Assembly: GCA_964016885.1 (NCBI GenBank)
Contig: OZ024740.1
Location: 293,942,001-294,006,000 of the forward strand
Source of the DNA: Eledone cirrhosa
Lineage: Eukaryota
Direction of reading: 5' to 3'
Length of the DNA: 64,000 nucleotides
Position 1 is the first letter of the stretch, and every line of letters begins with the position of its first letter. Positions 1 through 12,000 of the stretch are shown here, piece by piece. The notes below the pieces were generated by a model, which ran no database searches, had not been told where the DNA came from, and worked only from the letters and a program-made list of their open reading frames with translations. The position numbers and the translations under genes are program-made.

Positions 1-3000
1 GTGCCCGTATTTTATTGGGGGTGTCAGTTTTTTATTTGTGTGCCCTGTTCTTTATTTGGGTGCCCCGTTTGTTATTTGGGTGCCCCGATTTTTATGGGGG
101 GCCCTTTTTTTATTTGGGTGCCCCGTTCGTTATGAGGTGGTCCATATTTTATTTGGGTGCTCCGTTATTTTATTTGGGATCCGTTTTTTATTAGGGTGTC
201 CTGTTTTTTAATGGGGCGGACCATTTTCTATTTGGATGACCGTTTATTTATTTGGGTACCCGGTTTTTTATTTGGGTGCACCATTTTTTTATGGCGGTCG
301 TCCGTGTTTTATTTGGATGCCCCATTTTTTAATGGGGGCTCCGTTTTTTATTTGGGTGCACCGTTTTTTTATGGGGAGTCCGTTTTTTACTTGCGTGCCC
401 GTTTTTTTATGGAGGGTTCGTTTTTTAATTGGGTTTTTTATGGGGAGGTCAGTTTTTTATTCGGTTGTCCCGGGTTTTTATGGGAGGGGTCCGTTTTTTA
501 TTTGGGTGCCCCGTTTTTTATGGGGGGTCCGTTTTTTATTTGGGTGACCCGTTTTTTATGGGGGGGGTCCGTTTATAAATTGGGTGCCCCGTTTTATTAT
601 GGGGGTCTGTTTTTTATTAGGGTGTCCCGTTTTTTAATGGGGCGGTCCGTTTTTTATTTGGGTGACCCGTTCTTTATGGGGTGGACGTTTTTCATTTGGG
701 TGCCCCGTTTTTTTATGGGGTGGGGTCTGTTTTTTATGGGGGATCCGTTTTTTATTTGGGTGTCCCGTTTTTTATTTGGGTGCCCCGTTTTCTTATGGGT
801 AGGTACGGTTTTTATTTGGGTGCCCGTTTTTTATTTGGGTGCCCCGTTATTTTATTTGGGTGCCCCGTTTTTTATTTGGGTGCCCCGTTTTATATTTGGT
901 TGCCCCGTTTTTTTATTTGGGTGTCCCGTTTTTTTATTTGGTTGCCCCGTTTTTATTGGGGGGTCCGTTTTTTATTTGGGTGCCCCGATTTTTATTTGGG
1001 TGCCCCGTTTTTTATTTGGGTGTCCGTTTTTTATTTGTGTGCCCCGTTCTTCACTTGGGTGTCCCGTTTTTTAATGGGGGTTCCGTTTTTTATTTGGGTG
1101 CCCCGTTATTTTATTTGGGTGCCCCGTTTTTTATTTGGGTGCCCCGTTTGTTATTTAGGTGCCCCGTTTTTTATGGAGGGTCCTTTTTTATTTGGGTGCC
1201 CCGTTCTTTATGAGGGGGTCCGTTTTATATTTGTGTGCGCCGTTATTTTATGGGGGGTCCGTTTTTTATTAGGGTGTCCCGTTTTGAATGGGGCGGACCT
1301 TTTTTTATTTGCGTGACCCGTTTATTTATTTGGGTACCCGGTTTTTTATTTGGGTGCACTGTTTTTATATGGCGGTGGTCCGTGTTTTATTTGGATGCCC
1401 CGTTTCTTAATGGGGGTCCGTTTTTATTTGGGTTCTCAGTTATTTATTTGGGTGCCCCGTTTTTTATTTGGGTGCCCCGTTTTTTTATTTGGATGCCCGT
1501 TTTTTATTGGGGGACTGTTTTCTATTTGGGTGTACCGTTTTTTATTTGGATGCACCGTTTTTTTTATGGGGGAGGTCCGTTTTTTATGTGGATGCCCGGT
1601 TTTTTAATAGGGGGTGCGTTTGTTATTTGTGTGCCCCGTTTATTTATGGGGGTCCGTTTTTTATTAGGGTGCCCCGTTTTTTTATGGGAGGACTGTTTTT
1701 TATTTGGGTGCCCCGTTTTTTTATTTGGGTGCCCGGTTTTTTTATTTGGGTGCACCATTTTTTTTGGGGGGGGTGCCCGTATTTTATTCGGGGTCCGCTT
1801 TTTATTTGAGTGCCCCGTTTTTTATTTGGGTGCCCCGTTTTATTATTTGGGTGCCCGTTTTTTATTGGGGGCCGTTTTTTATTTGGGTGCCCCGTTTTAT
1901 TATGGGGGCTCCTTTTTTTATTTGGGTGCCCCGTTTTTATTATTTGAGTGCCCCGTTTTTTAATTTGGGTGCCCCGTTTTTTTATTTTGGTGGCCCGTCT
2001 TGGGGGTTGGTCCGTTTTTTATTTGGGTGCCCCGTTTTTTTTATTTGGGTGCTCCGTTTTTTTATTTGGGTGCCCGTATTTTATGGGAGGTCTGTTTTTT
2101 TTTTGGTTACCCCGTTTTTTGTGTGGGGGGTCCGTTTTTTTATGGGAAGTCCGTTTTTTATTTGCGTGCCCCGTTTTTTATTTGGGTGCCCCGTTGTTTT
2201 ATGGGGAGGTCCTTTTTTTATTTGAGTGCCCCGTTTTTTATGGGGAGGTCCGTTTTTTATTTGAGTGCCCAGTTTTTTTATGGGGTGTCCGTTTTTTTAG
2301 TTGGGTTCCCGTTTTTTAATGGGGAGGTTCTTTTTTTATTTGGGTGTCCCGTATTTTATGGGGGGTCCGTTTTTTATTTGGGTGCCCCGTTTTTTATGGG
2401 GGGGTCCGTTTTTTATTAGGGTGTCCCGTTTTTTAATGGGGCGGTTCGTTTTTATTTGGGTGATCCGTTTTTTTATGGGTGGTCCGTTTTTTATTTGGGT
2501 GCCCCGTTTTTTATTTGGGTGCCCCGGTTTTTTATGGGGCGGTCCGTTTTTTATTTGGGTTTCCCGTTTTTTTAAGGGGGGTCCGTTTTTTATTAGGGTG
2601 TCCCGTTTTTTAATGGGGGTTCCGTTTTTTATTTCGGTGCACCCGTTTTTTATTTGGGTGCCCCGTTTTTTTATTTGAGTACCCCATTTTTTATGGGGGC
2701 CGTTTTCTTTATTTGGATTTTTTATTTGATTGCCCCGTTTTCTTTATTTGGGTTTTTTATTTGATTGCCCCGTTTTTTATTTGATTGCCCCGTTTATTTA
2801 TATGGGTTCCCCGTTTTTTGTTTGGGTGTCCCATTTTTTATTGGGGGGGGTCCGTTTTTTATTTGGGTGCCCCGTTATTTAATTGGGGAGGTCCGTTTTT
2901 TGTTTGGGTCCCCGTTTTTTATTGGTGGGGATCCGTTTTTCATTTGGGTGCCCCGTTTTTTTTATTTGGGTGCCCGTTTTTTATTTGGGTGCCCCGTTTT

Positions 3001-6000
3001 TTATTTGGGTGCCCCGTTTTTTATGGGGGGGTGCGTTTTTTATTAGGGTGTCCCGTTTTTTATTTGGATGCCCCGTTTGTTTATGGGTGCCCCTTTTTTA
3101 TGGGGTGTCCGTTTTCTATGGGGTTCCGTCTATTATTTGGGTGTGCCGTTTTTATTTGGGTTTTTTTACGGGGAGGGTCCATTTATTATTTGGAGGCCCG
3201 TTTTCTTATTTGGGTGCCCCCTTTTTTATTTGGTTGCACGTATTTTTATTTGGGTGCCCCGTTTTTTGGGGGGGGATGCTCGTATTTTATTCGGGCGTCC
3301 GCTTTTTATTTGAGTGCCCCGTTTTTTATTTGGGTGCCCAGTTTTATTATTTGGGTGCCCTTTTTTATTGGGGGTCCGTTTTTTATTTGGGTGTCCTGTT
3401 TTTTTATTTGGGTGCCCCGTTTATTTATATGGATTCCCCGTTTTTTATTGGCTGCCCCGTTTTTTATTGGGGGGATGCCGTTTTTTATTTGGGTGCCTCG
3501 TTTTTTTTTCTATTGCGTGCCGCGTTTTTTATTTGGGTGCCCCGTTTTTTATTGGGGCGGATACGTTTTTCATTTGGTTGCCCCTTTTTTTATTTGGTTG
3601 CCCCGTTTTTTATTTAGGTGCCCCGTTTTTTTATTGGGTGGGAGGGGTCCGTTTTTTAATTAGGTGCCCCGTTATTTATTTGGGTGTCTCGTTTTTTAAT
3701 TGGGGGGTCCGTTTTTTGTTTGGGTCCCCGTTTTTTTTATTTCGGTGCCCCGTTTTTTATATGGGTGCCCCGTTTTTTATTTGGGTGCTCTGTTTTTTGG
3801 GGGATGCCCTTTTTTATTGGGGGGGGGTCCGTTTTTGATTTGGGTTCCCCGTTCTTGACTTGGGTGCCCCGTTTTTTATTTGGGTGCCCCGTTTTTTTAT
3901 TTGGATGCCCGTTTTTTATTGGGGGACCGTTTTCTATTTGGGTGTACCGTTATTTATTTGGATGCCCCGTTTTTTTATGGGGGGGTTCGTTTTTTATGGG
4001 GGGGCGTCCGTTTTTTATTTGGGTGCCCGGTTTTTTAATGAGGGGGGATCCGTTTGTTATTTGTGTGCCCCATTTATTTATGGGGGGTCCGTTTTTATTA
4101 GGGTGCCCCTTTTTTTACGGGAGGTCTGTTTTTTATTTGGGTGCCCCGTTTTTTTATTTGAGTGCCCCGTTTTTTATTTGGGTGCCCCGTTTTATTATTT
4201 GGGTGCCCGTTTTTTATTGGGGCAGTTTTTATTTGGGTGTCCCATTTTTTAATGGGGGTTCCGATTTTTATTTGGGTGCCCCGTTTTTTTATGGGTGGTC
4301 CTTTTTTTATTTGGGTGCCCCGTTTTTATTATTTGAGTGCCCCGTTTTTTAATTTGGGTGCCCTGTTTTTTTATTTTGGTGCCCCGTCTTGGGTGTTGGT
4401 CCGTTTTTTATTTGGGTGCCCCGTTTTTTTTATTTGGGTGCCACGTTTTTTTATTTGGGTGTCCGTTTTTTATTGGGGGTGTCAGTTTTTTATTTGTGTG
4501 CCCCGTTCTTTATTTGGGTGCCCCGTTTTTTATGGGGGGTCCGTTTTTTAATTGGGTGCCCCGTTTTTTTACGGGGAGGTCCGTTTTTTATTTGGGTGTC
4601 CCTTTCTTTTATGGGTGGTCCGTTTTTTATTTGGGTGCCCCGTTTTTTATTTGGGTGCCGCGTTTTTTTATGGGGGGTCCTTTTTTATTTGGGTGCCCCG
4701 TTCTTTATGAGGGGGCCGTTTTTTATTGGGGTGATCCGTTTTTTTATGGGGGTCCGTTTTTTATTAGGGTGTGCATTATTTTAATGGGGCGGGCCATTTT
4801 TTATTTGGGTGCACCGGTTTTATGTGGGGGTCCATTTTTTATGGGGGAGGTCCGTTTTTTATTTGGGTCCACCGTTTTTTATGGCGGTGGTCCGTGTTTT
4901 ATTTGGATGCCCCGTTTTTTAATGGGGGCTCCGTTTTGTATTTGGGTACCCCGTTTTTATTTGGGTGCCCCGTTTTTTATTTGGGTGCTCCGTTATTTTA
5001 TGGGGGATGGGTTTTTTATTCGGATGTCCCGTTTTTTAATGGGGCGGACCATTTATTTGGGTGACCCGTTTATTTATTTGGGTACCCGGTTTTTCATTTG
5101 GGTGCACCATTTTTTTATGGCGGTGGTCCGTGTTTTATTTGGATGGTCCGTTTTTTAATGGGGGCTCCGTTTATTATTTGGGTGCACCGTTTTTTATGGG
5201 GAGTCCGTTTTTTATTTGTGTGCCCCGTTTTTTTATGGGGGGTTCGTGTTTTAGTTGGGTGCCCCGTTTTTTTATGGGGAGGTCAGTTTTTTATTCGGTT
5301 GTCCGGTTTTTTTATTTGGGTGCCTGGTTTTTTTATTTGGGTGCCCCGTTTTTATTGGGGGGTCCGTTTTTTATTTGGGTGCCCCGTTCTTTATGAGGGG
5401 GTCCGTTTTATATTTGGGTGCGCCGTTATTTTATGGGGTGTCCGTTTTTTATTAGGGTGTCCCGTTTTTAATGGGGCGGACCATTTTTTTATTTGGGTGA
5501 CCCGTTTATTTATTTGGGTACCCGGTTTTTTATTTGGGTGCACCGTTTTTATTTGGGTTCTCAGTTATTTATTTGGGTGCCCCGTTTTTTATTTGGGTGC
5601 CCCGTTTTTTTATTTGGATGCCCGTTTTTTATTGGGGGACTGTTTTCTATTTGGGTGTACCGTTTTTTATTTGGATGCACCGTTTTTTTTATGGGGGAGG
5701 TCCGTTTTTTATGTGGATGCCCGGTTTTTTAATAGGGGGTGCGTTTGTTATTTGTGTGCCCCGTTTATTTATGGGGGTCCGTTTTTTATTAGGGTGCCCC
5801 GTTTTTTTATGGGAGGACTGTTTTTTATTTGGGTGCCCCGTTTTTTTATTTGGGTGCCCGGTTTTTTTATTTGGGTGCACCATTTTTTGGGGGGGGGTGC
5901 CCGTATTTTATTCGGGGTCCGCTTTTTATTTGAGTGCCCCGTTTTTTATTTGGGTGCCCCGTTTTATTATTTGGGTGCCCGTTTTTTATTGGGGGCCGTT

Positions 6001-9000
6001 TTTTATTTGGGTGCCCCGTTTTATTATGGGGGCTCCTTTTTTTATTTGGGTGCCCCGTTTTTATTATTTGAGTGCCCCGTTTTTTAATTTGGGTGCCCCG
6101 TTTTTTTATTTTGGTGGCCCGTCTTGGGGGTTGGTCCGTTTTTTATTTGGGTGCCCCGTTTTTTTTATTTGGGTGCTCCGTTTTTTTATTTGGGTGCCCG
6201 TATTTTATTGGGGGTGTCAGTTTTTTATTTGTGTGCCCTGTTCTTTATTTGGGTGCCCCGTTTGTTATTTGGGTGCCCCGATTTTTATGGGGGGCCCTTT
6301 TTTTATTTGGGTGCCCCGTTCTTTATGAGGTGGTCTGTTTTTTATTTGGGTGCTCCGTTATTTTATGGGGGGTCCGTTTTTTATTAGGGTGTCCCGTTTT
6401 TTAATGGGGCGGACTATTTTTTATTTGGGTGACCCGTTTATTTATTTGGGTACCCGGTTTTTCATTTGGGTGCACCATTTTTATATGGCGGTGGTCCGTG
6501 TTTTATTTGGATGCCCAGTTTTTTAATGGGGGTTCCGTTTATTATTTGGGTGCACCGTTTTTTTATGGGGTGTCCGTTATTTATTTGCGTGCACCGTTTA
6601 TTTATGGGGTTCGTTTTTTAATTGGGTGCCCCGTTTTTTTATGGGGAGGTCAGTTTTTTATGGGAGGCGGCCGTTTTTTGTTTGGGTGCCCCGTTTTTTA
6701 TGGGGAGGTCCGTTTATAAATTGGGTGGCCCGTTTTTTTATGGGGGTCTGTTTTTTATTAGGGTGTCCCGTTTTTTAACGGGGCGGTCCGTTCTTTATTT
6801 GGGTGCCCCGTTTTTTTAAGGGGTGGGGTCCGTTTTTTATGGGGGGTCCGTTTTTTATTTGGGTGTCCCGTTTGTGATTTGGGTGCCCCGTTTTTTTATG
6901 GGGTGGTACGGTTTTTATTTGGGTGCCCCGTTTTTTATTTGGGTGGTCCGTTATTTTATTTGGGTGCCCGTTTATTATTGGGGGGTGTCCGTTTTTTATT
7001 TGTGTGCGCCGTTCTTCACTTGGGTGCACCGTTTTTTTATGGCCCGTCCGTTTTTTAATTGGGTGCCCCGTTTTTTTATGGGGGGGTCCGTTTTTTATTT
7101 GGGTGCGCCGTTATTTTATGGGGGGTCCGTTTTTTATGGGGGTCCGTTTTTTATGGGGGTCCGTTTTTTATTTGTGTGCCCCGTTCTACACTTGGGTACC
7201 CCATTTTTTTATGGGGGTCCGTTTTTTAATTGGATGACCCGTTTTTTTATGGGGAGGCCCGTTTTTTATTAGGTTGTCCCGTTTTTTAATGGGGGTTCCC
7301 ATTTTTATTTGGGTGCCCCGTTTTATTATGAAGGTTCCTTTTTTTATTTGGGTGCCCCGTTCTTTATGAGGGGGTCTGTTTTATATTTGGGTGCGCCGTT
7401 ATTTATTTGGGTGTCCAGTTTTTAATGGGGCGGACCATTTTTATTTGGGTGCCCCGTTTTATATTTGGTTGCTCCGTTTTTTTATTTGGGTGCCCCGTTT
7501 TTTTATTTGGGTGCCCCGTTTTTATTGGGGGGTCCGTTTTTTATTTGGGTGCCCCGTTTTTTTATTTGGGTGCCCCGTTTTTATTGGGGGGTCCGTTTTT
7601 TATTTGGGTGCCCCGATTTTTATGGGGTGGGGTCCGTTTTTATGGGGGGTCCTTTTTATTTGGGTGTCCCATTTTTTATTTGGCTGCCCCGTTTTTTTAT
7701 GGGGTGGTCCGTTTTTTATTTGGGTGTCTCGTTCTTTATTTGGGTGCCCCGGTTTTTTATGGGACAGTCTGTTTTTTATTTGGGTGTCCCGTTTTTTTAA
7801 GGGGCGTCCGTTTTTTATTAGGGTGTCCCGTTTTTTAATGGGGGTTCCGTTTTTTATTTGGGTGCCCCCTTATTTTATGGCGGTGGTCCGTGTTTTATTT
7901 GGATGCCCCGTTTTTTAATGCGGGCTCCGTTTTTTATTTGGGTGCTTCGTTTTTTTATGGGGGGTCCGTTTTTTATTTGGGTACCCCGTTTTTCATTTGG
8001 GTTCCCCGTTTTTTTTATGGGGGGGTTCCATTTTTATGGCGGTCTTTTTTTATTTGGGTGCTCCGTTTTTTATGGTGGGTCCGTTTTTTAATTAGGTCCC
8101 TCTTTTTTTATAGGGAGGTCCATTTTTTATTCCGGTATCCCGGTATTTTTATGGGGGGGGGGGGGCGTTTTTTATTAGGGTGTCCCGTCCTTTAATGGGG
8201 GTTCCGTTTTTTATTTGGGTGCCCCGTTTTTTATTTGGGTGCTCCGTTTTTTTATGGGGGGTCCGTTTTTCATGAGGGCGTCCGTTTTTTATTTGGGTGC
8301 TGCGTTTTTTTCATGTCGTGGTCCGTTTTATTAGGTTGTCCCATTTTTTAATGGGGTTTCCGGTTTCTATTTGGGTTCCCCAGTTTTTTTTATGGGGGGT
8401 CGGTTTTTTATTTGGGTGCCCCGTTTTTTTATAGGGGTCCGTTCTTTATTTGGGTGCCCCGTTTTTTTATGGGGGGTCTTTTTTTTATTTGGGTGCCCCG
8501 TTTTTTATGGGTGATCCTTTTTTTATTTGGGTGCCCCGTTTTTTATGAGGGGGTCCGTTTTTTATTTGGGTGCCACAATTTTTTTATGAGGGGTTCGGTT
8601 TTTTATGGGGAGGTCCTTTTCTTATTTGGGTCCCCGTTTATTTATTTGGGTACCCGGTTTTTCATTTGGGTGCACCGTTTTTTTATGGTATGATCCGTTT
8701 TTTATTTGGGTGCCCCGTTTTTTATTTGGGTGCCCCGTTCTTTTATGTGGGGTCCGATTTTTATTCGGGTGTCCCGGTTTATTTTTATGGGGGGCGTTTT
8801 TAATTAGGGTGTCCCGTTTTTTAATGGGGGTTCCGTTTTTTATTTGGCTGACCCGTTTTTTTATGGGGGGACCTTTTTTTAATTGGGTGCCCCGTTTTAT
8901 TATGGGGGTCCTTTCTTATTTGGGTGCCCCGTTCTTTATGAGGACGTTCGTTTTTTATTTGGGTGCTCCGTTTTTTTATGTCGGGGTCCGTTTTTTATTA

Positions 9001-12000
9001 GGTTGTCCCGTTTTTTAATGGGGGTTCCGTTTTTTATTTGGGTTCCCCAGTTTTTTTATGGGGGGGTCGGTTTTTTATTTGGGTGCCCCGTTTTTTATAG
9101 TGGTCCGTTCTTTATTTGGGTGCCCCGTTTTTTTATGGGGGTCTTTTTTTATTTGGGTGCCCCGTTATTTATGGGTGGTCTTTTTTTATTTGGGTGCCCC
9201 GTTTTTATGAGGGGTCCGTTTTTTATTTAGGTTCCACAATTTTTTTATGAGAGGGTCGGTTTTTTATGGGGAGGTCTTTTTTTATTTGGGTCCCCGTTTA
9301 TTTATTTGGGTACCCGCTTTTTCATTTGGGTGCACCGTTTTTTTATGGTATGGTCCTTTTTTTGTTTGGGTGCTCCGTTTTTTTATGGGGGGTCCGTTTT
9401 TTAATTGGCTCCCTCTTTTTTTATAGGGAAGTCCGTTTTTTATTCCGGTGTCCCGGTTTTTTTATGGGGGGGTGTTTTTTATTAGGGTGTCCCGTTCTTT
9501 AATGGGTGTTCCGTTTTTATTTGGGTGCCCCGTTTTTTTATGGGGGTCCGTTTTTCATGAGGGCGTCCATTTTTATTTGGGTGCTGCGTTTTTTTTATTT
9601 CGGGGTCCGTCTTTTATTAGGTTGTCCCATTTTTTAATGGGGGTTCCGGTTTCTATTTGGGTTCCCCAGTTTTTTTATGGGGGGGTCGGTTTTTTATTTG
9701 GGTGCCCCGTTTTTTTATAGGGGTCCGTTCTTTATTTGGGTGCCCCGTTTTTTATGGGTGGCCTTTTTTGGGGGGTGCCCCGTTTTTTATGGGTGGTCCT
9801 TTTTTTATTTGGGTGCCCCGTTTTTTATGAGGGTTCCGTTTTTTATTTGGGTGCCACAATTTTTTTATGAGGGGTTCGGTTTTTTATGGGGAGGTCCTTT
9901 TTTTATTTGGATCCCCGTTTATTTATTTGGGTACCCGGTTTTTCATTTGGGTGCACCGTTTTTTTATGGTATGGTCCGTTTTTTATTTGGGTGCCCCGTT
10001 TTTTATTTGGGTGCCCCGTTCTTTTATGGGGGGTCCGTTTTTTATTCGGGTGTCCCGGTTTTTTTATGGGGGGCGTTTTTAATTAGGGTGTCCCGTTTTT
10101 TAATGGGGGTTCCGTTTTTTATTTGGGTACCCCGTTTTTTATTTGGGTGACCCGTTTTTTTATGGGGGGACCTTTTTTAATTGGGTGCCCCGTTTTATTA
10201 TGGGGGGTCCTTTCTTATTTGGGTGACCCGTTCTTTATGAGGACGTCCGTTTTTTATTTGGGTGCTCCGTTTTTTTATGTTAGGGTCCGTTTTTTATTAG
10301 GTTGTCCCGTTTTTTAATGGGGGTTCCGTTTTTTATTTGGGTTCCACAGTTTTTTTATGGGGAGGTCGGTTTTTTATTTGGGTGCCCCGTTTTTTATAGC
10401 GGTCCATTCTTTATTTGGGTGCCCCGTTTTTTTATGGGGGGTCTTTTATTTGGGTGCCCCGTTTTTTATGGGTGGTCCTTTTTTTATTTGGGTGCCCCGT
10501 TTTTTATGAGGGGGTCCGTTTTTTATTTGGGTGCCACCATTTTTTATGAGGGGGTCGGTTTTTTATGGGGAGGTCCTTTTTTTATTTGGGTCCCCGTTTA
10601 TTTATTTGGATACCCGGTTTTTCATTTGGGTGCACCGTTTTTTTATGGGGTGGTCCGTTTTTTATTTGGGGTCCCCGTTTTTTATTTGGGTGCTCCGTTC
10701 CTTTATGGGGGTCCGTTTTTTATTTGGGTGCCCCGTTATTTTATTTGGGTGCCCCGTTTTTTTATGGGGGTCCGTTCTTTATTTGGGTGCCCCGTTTTTT
10801 ATTTGAGTCCCCGTTTTTTATGGGGAGGTCCGTTTTTTATTTGAGTGCCCAGTTTTTTTTATGAGGGGAGGGGCATTTTTTATTAGGGTGCCCCGTTTTT
10901 TTATTTGGGTGCCCCGTTTTTTTATTTGGGTGCCCCGTTTTTTTATGGGGGTCCGTTCTTTATTTGGGTGCCCCGTTTTTTATTTGAGTCCCCGTTTTTT
11001 ATGGGGAGGTCCGTTTTTTATTTGAGTGCCCAGTTTTTTTTATGAGGGGAGGGGCATTTTTTATTAGGGTGCCCCGTTTTTTTATTTGGGTGCTCCGTTT
11101 TTTTATTTGGGTGCCCCGTTTTCATTGGGGAGCCGTTTTTTATTTGGGTGCCCCGATTTTTATTTGGGTGCCCCGTTTTTTATTTGGTCGCCCGTTTTTT
11201 TATGGCGGTGGTCCGTGTTTTATTTGGATGCCCTGTTTTTTAATGGGGGCTCCGTTTTTTATTTGGGTGCATCATTTTTTTATGGGTGTATCGTTTTTTT
11301 TATGGGGGTCCGTTTTTTATTTGGGTACCCAAGTTTTTTATTTGGGTGCCCCGTTTTTTGATGGGGGGTCCGTTTTTCATAGGGAGGTCCGTCTTTTATT
11401 CGGGTGTCCCGGTTTTTTTATGGGGGCGGGGGCGTTTTTTATTAGGGTGTCCCGTTTTTTAATGGGTGTTCCGTATTTTATTTGGGTGTCCCGTTTTTTA
11501 TTTGTGTGCCCCGTTTTTTTATGGGATTTCCTTTTTTATTTGGGTGTCCCGTTTTATTATCGGGGTCCTTTCTTATTTGGGTGCCCCGTTCTTTATGAGG
11601 ACGTCCGTTTTTTATTTGGGTGCTCCGTTTTTTTATGTCGGGTCCGTTTTTTATTAGGTTGTCCCGTTTTTTAATGGGGGTTCCGTTTTTTTTTTGGGTT
11701 CCACAGATTTTTTATAGGGGGTCGGTTTTTTATTTGGGTGCCCCGTTTTTTTATAGGGGTCCGTTCTTTATTTAGGTGCCCCGTTTTTTTATGGGGCGTC
11801 TTTTTTATTTGGATACCCCGTTTTTTATGGGTGGTCCTTTTTTTATTTGGGTGCCCCGTTTTTTATGAGGTGGTCCGTTTTTATTTGGGTGCCACAATTT
11901 TTTTATGAGGCTGTCGGTTTTTTATGGGGAGGTTCTTTTTTTATTCGGGTCCCCGTTTATTTATTTGGGTACCCGGTTTTTCATTTGGGTGCACCGTTTT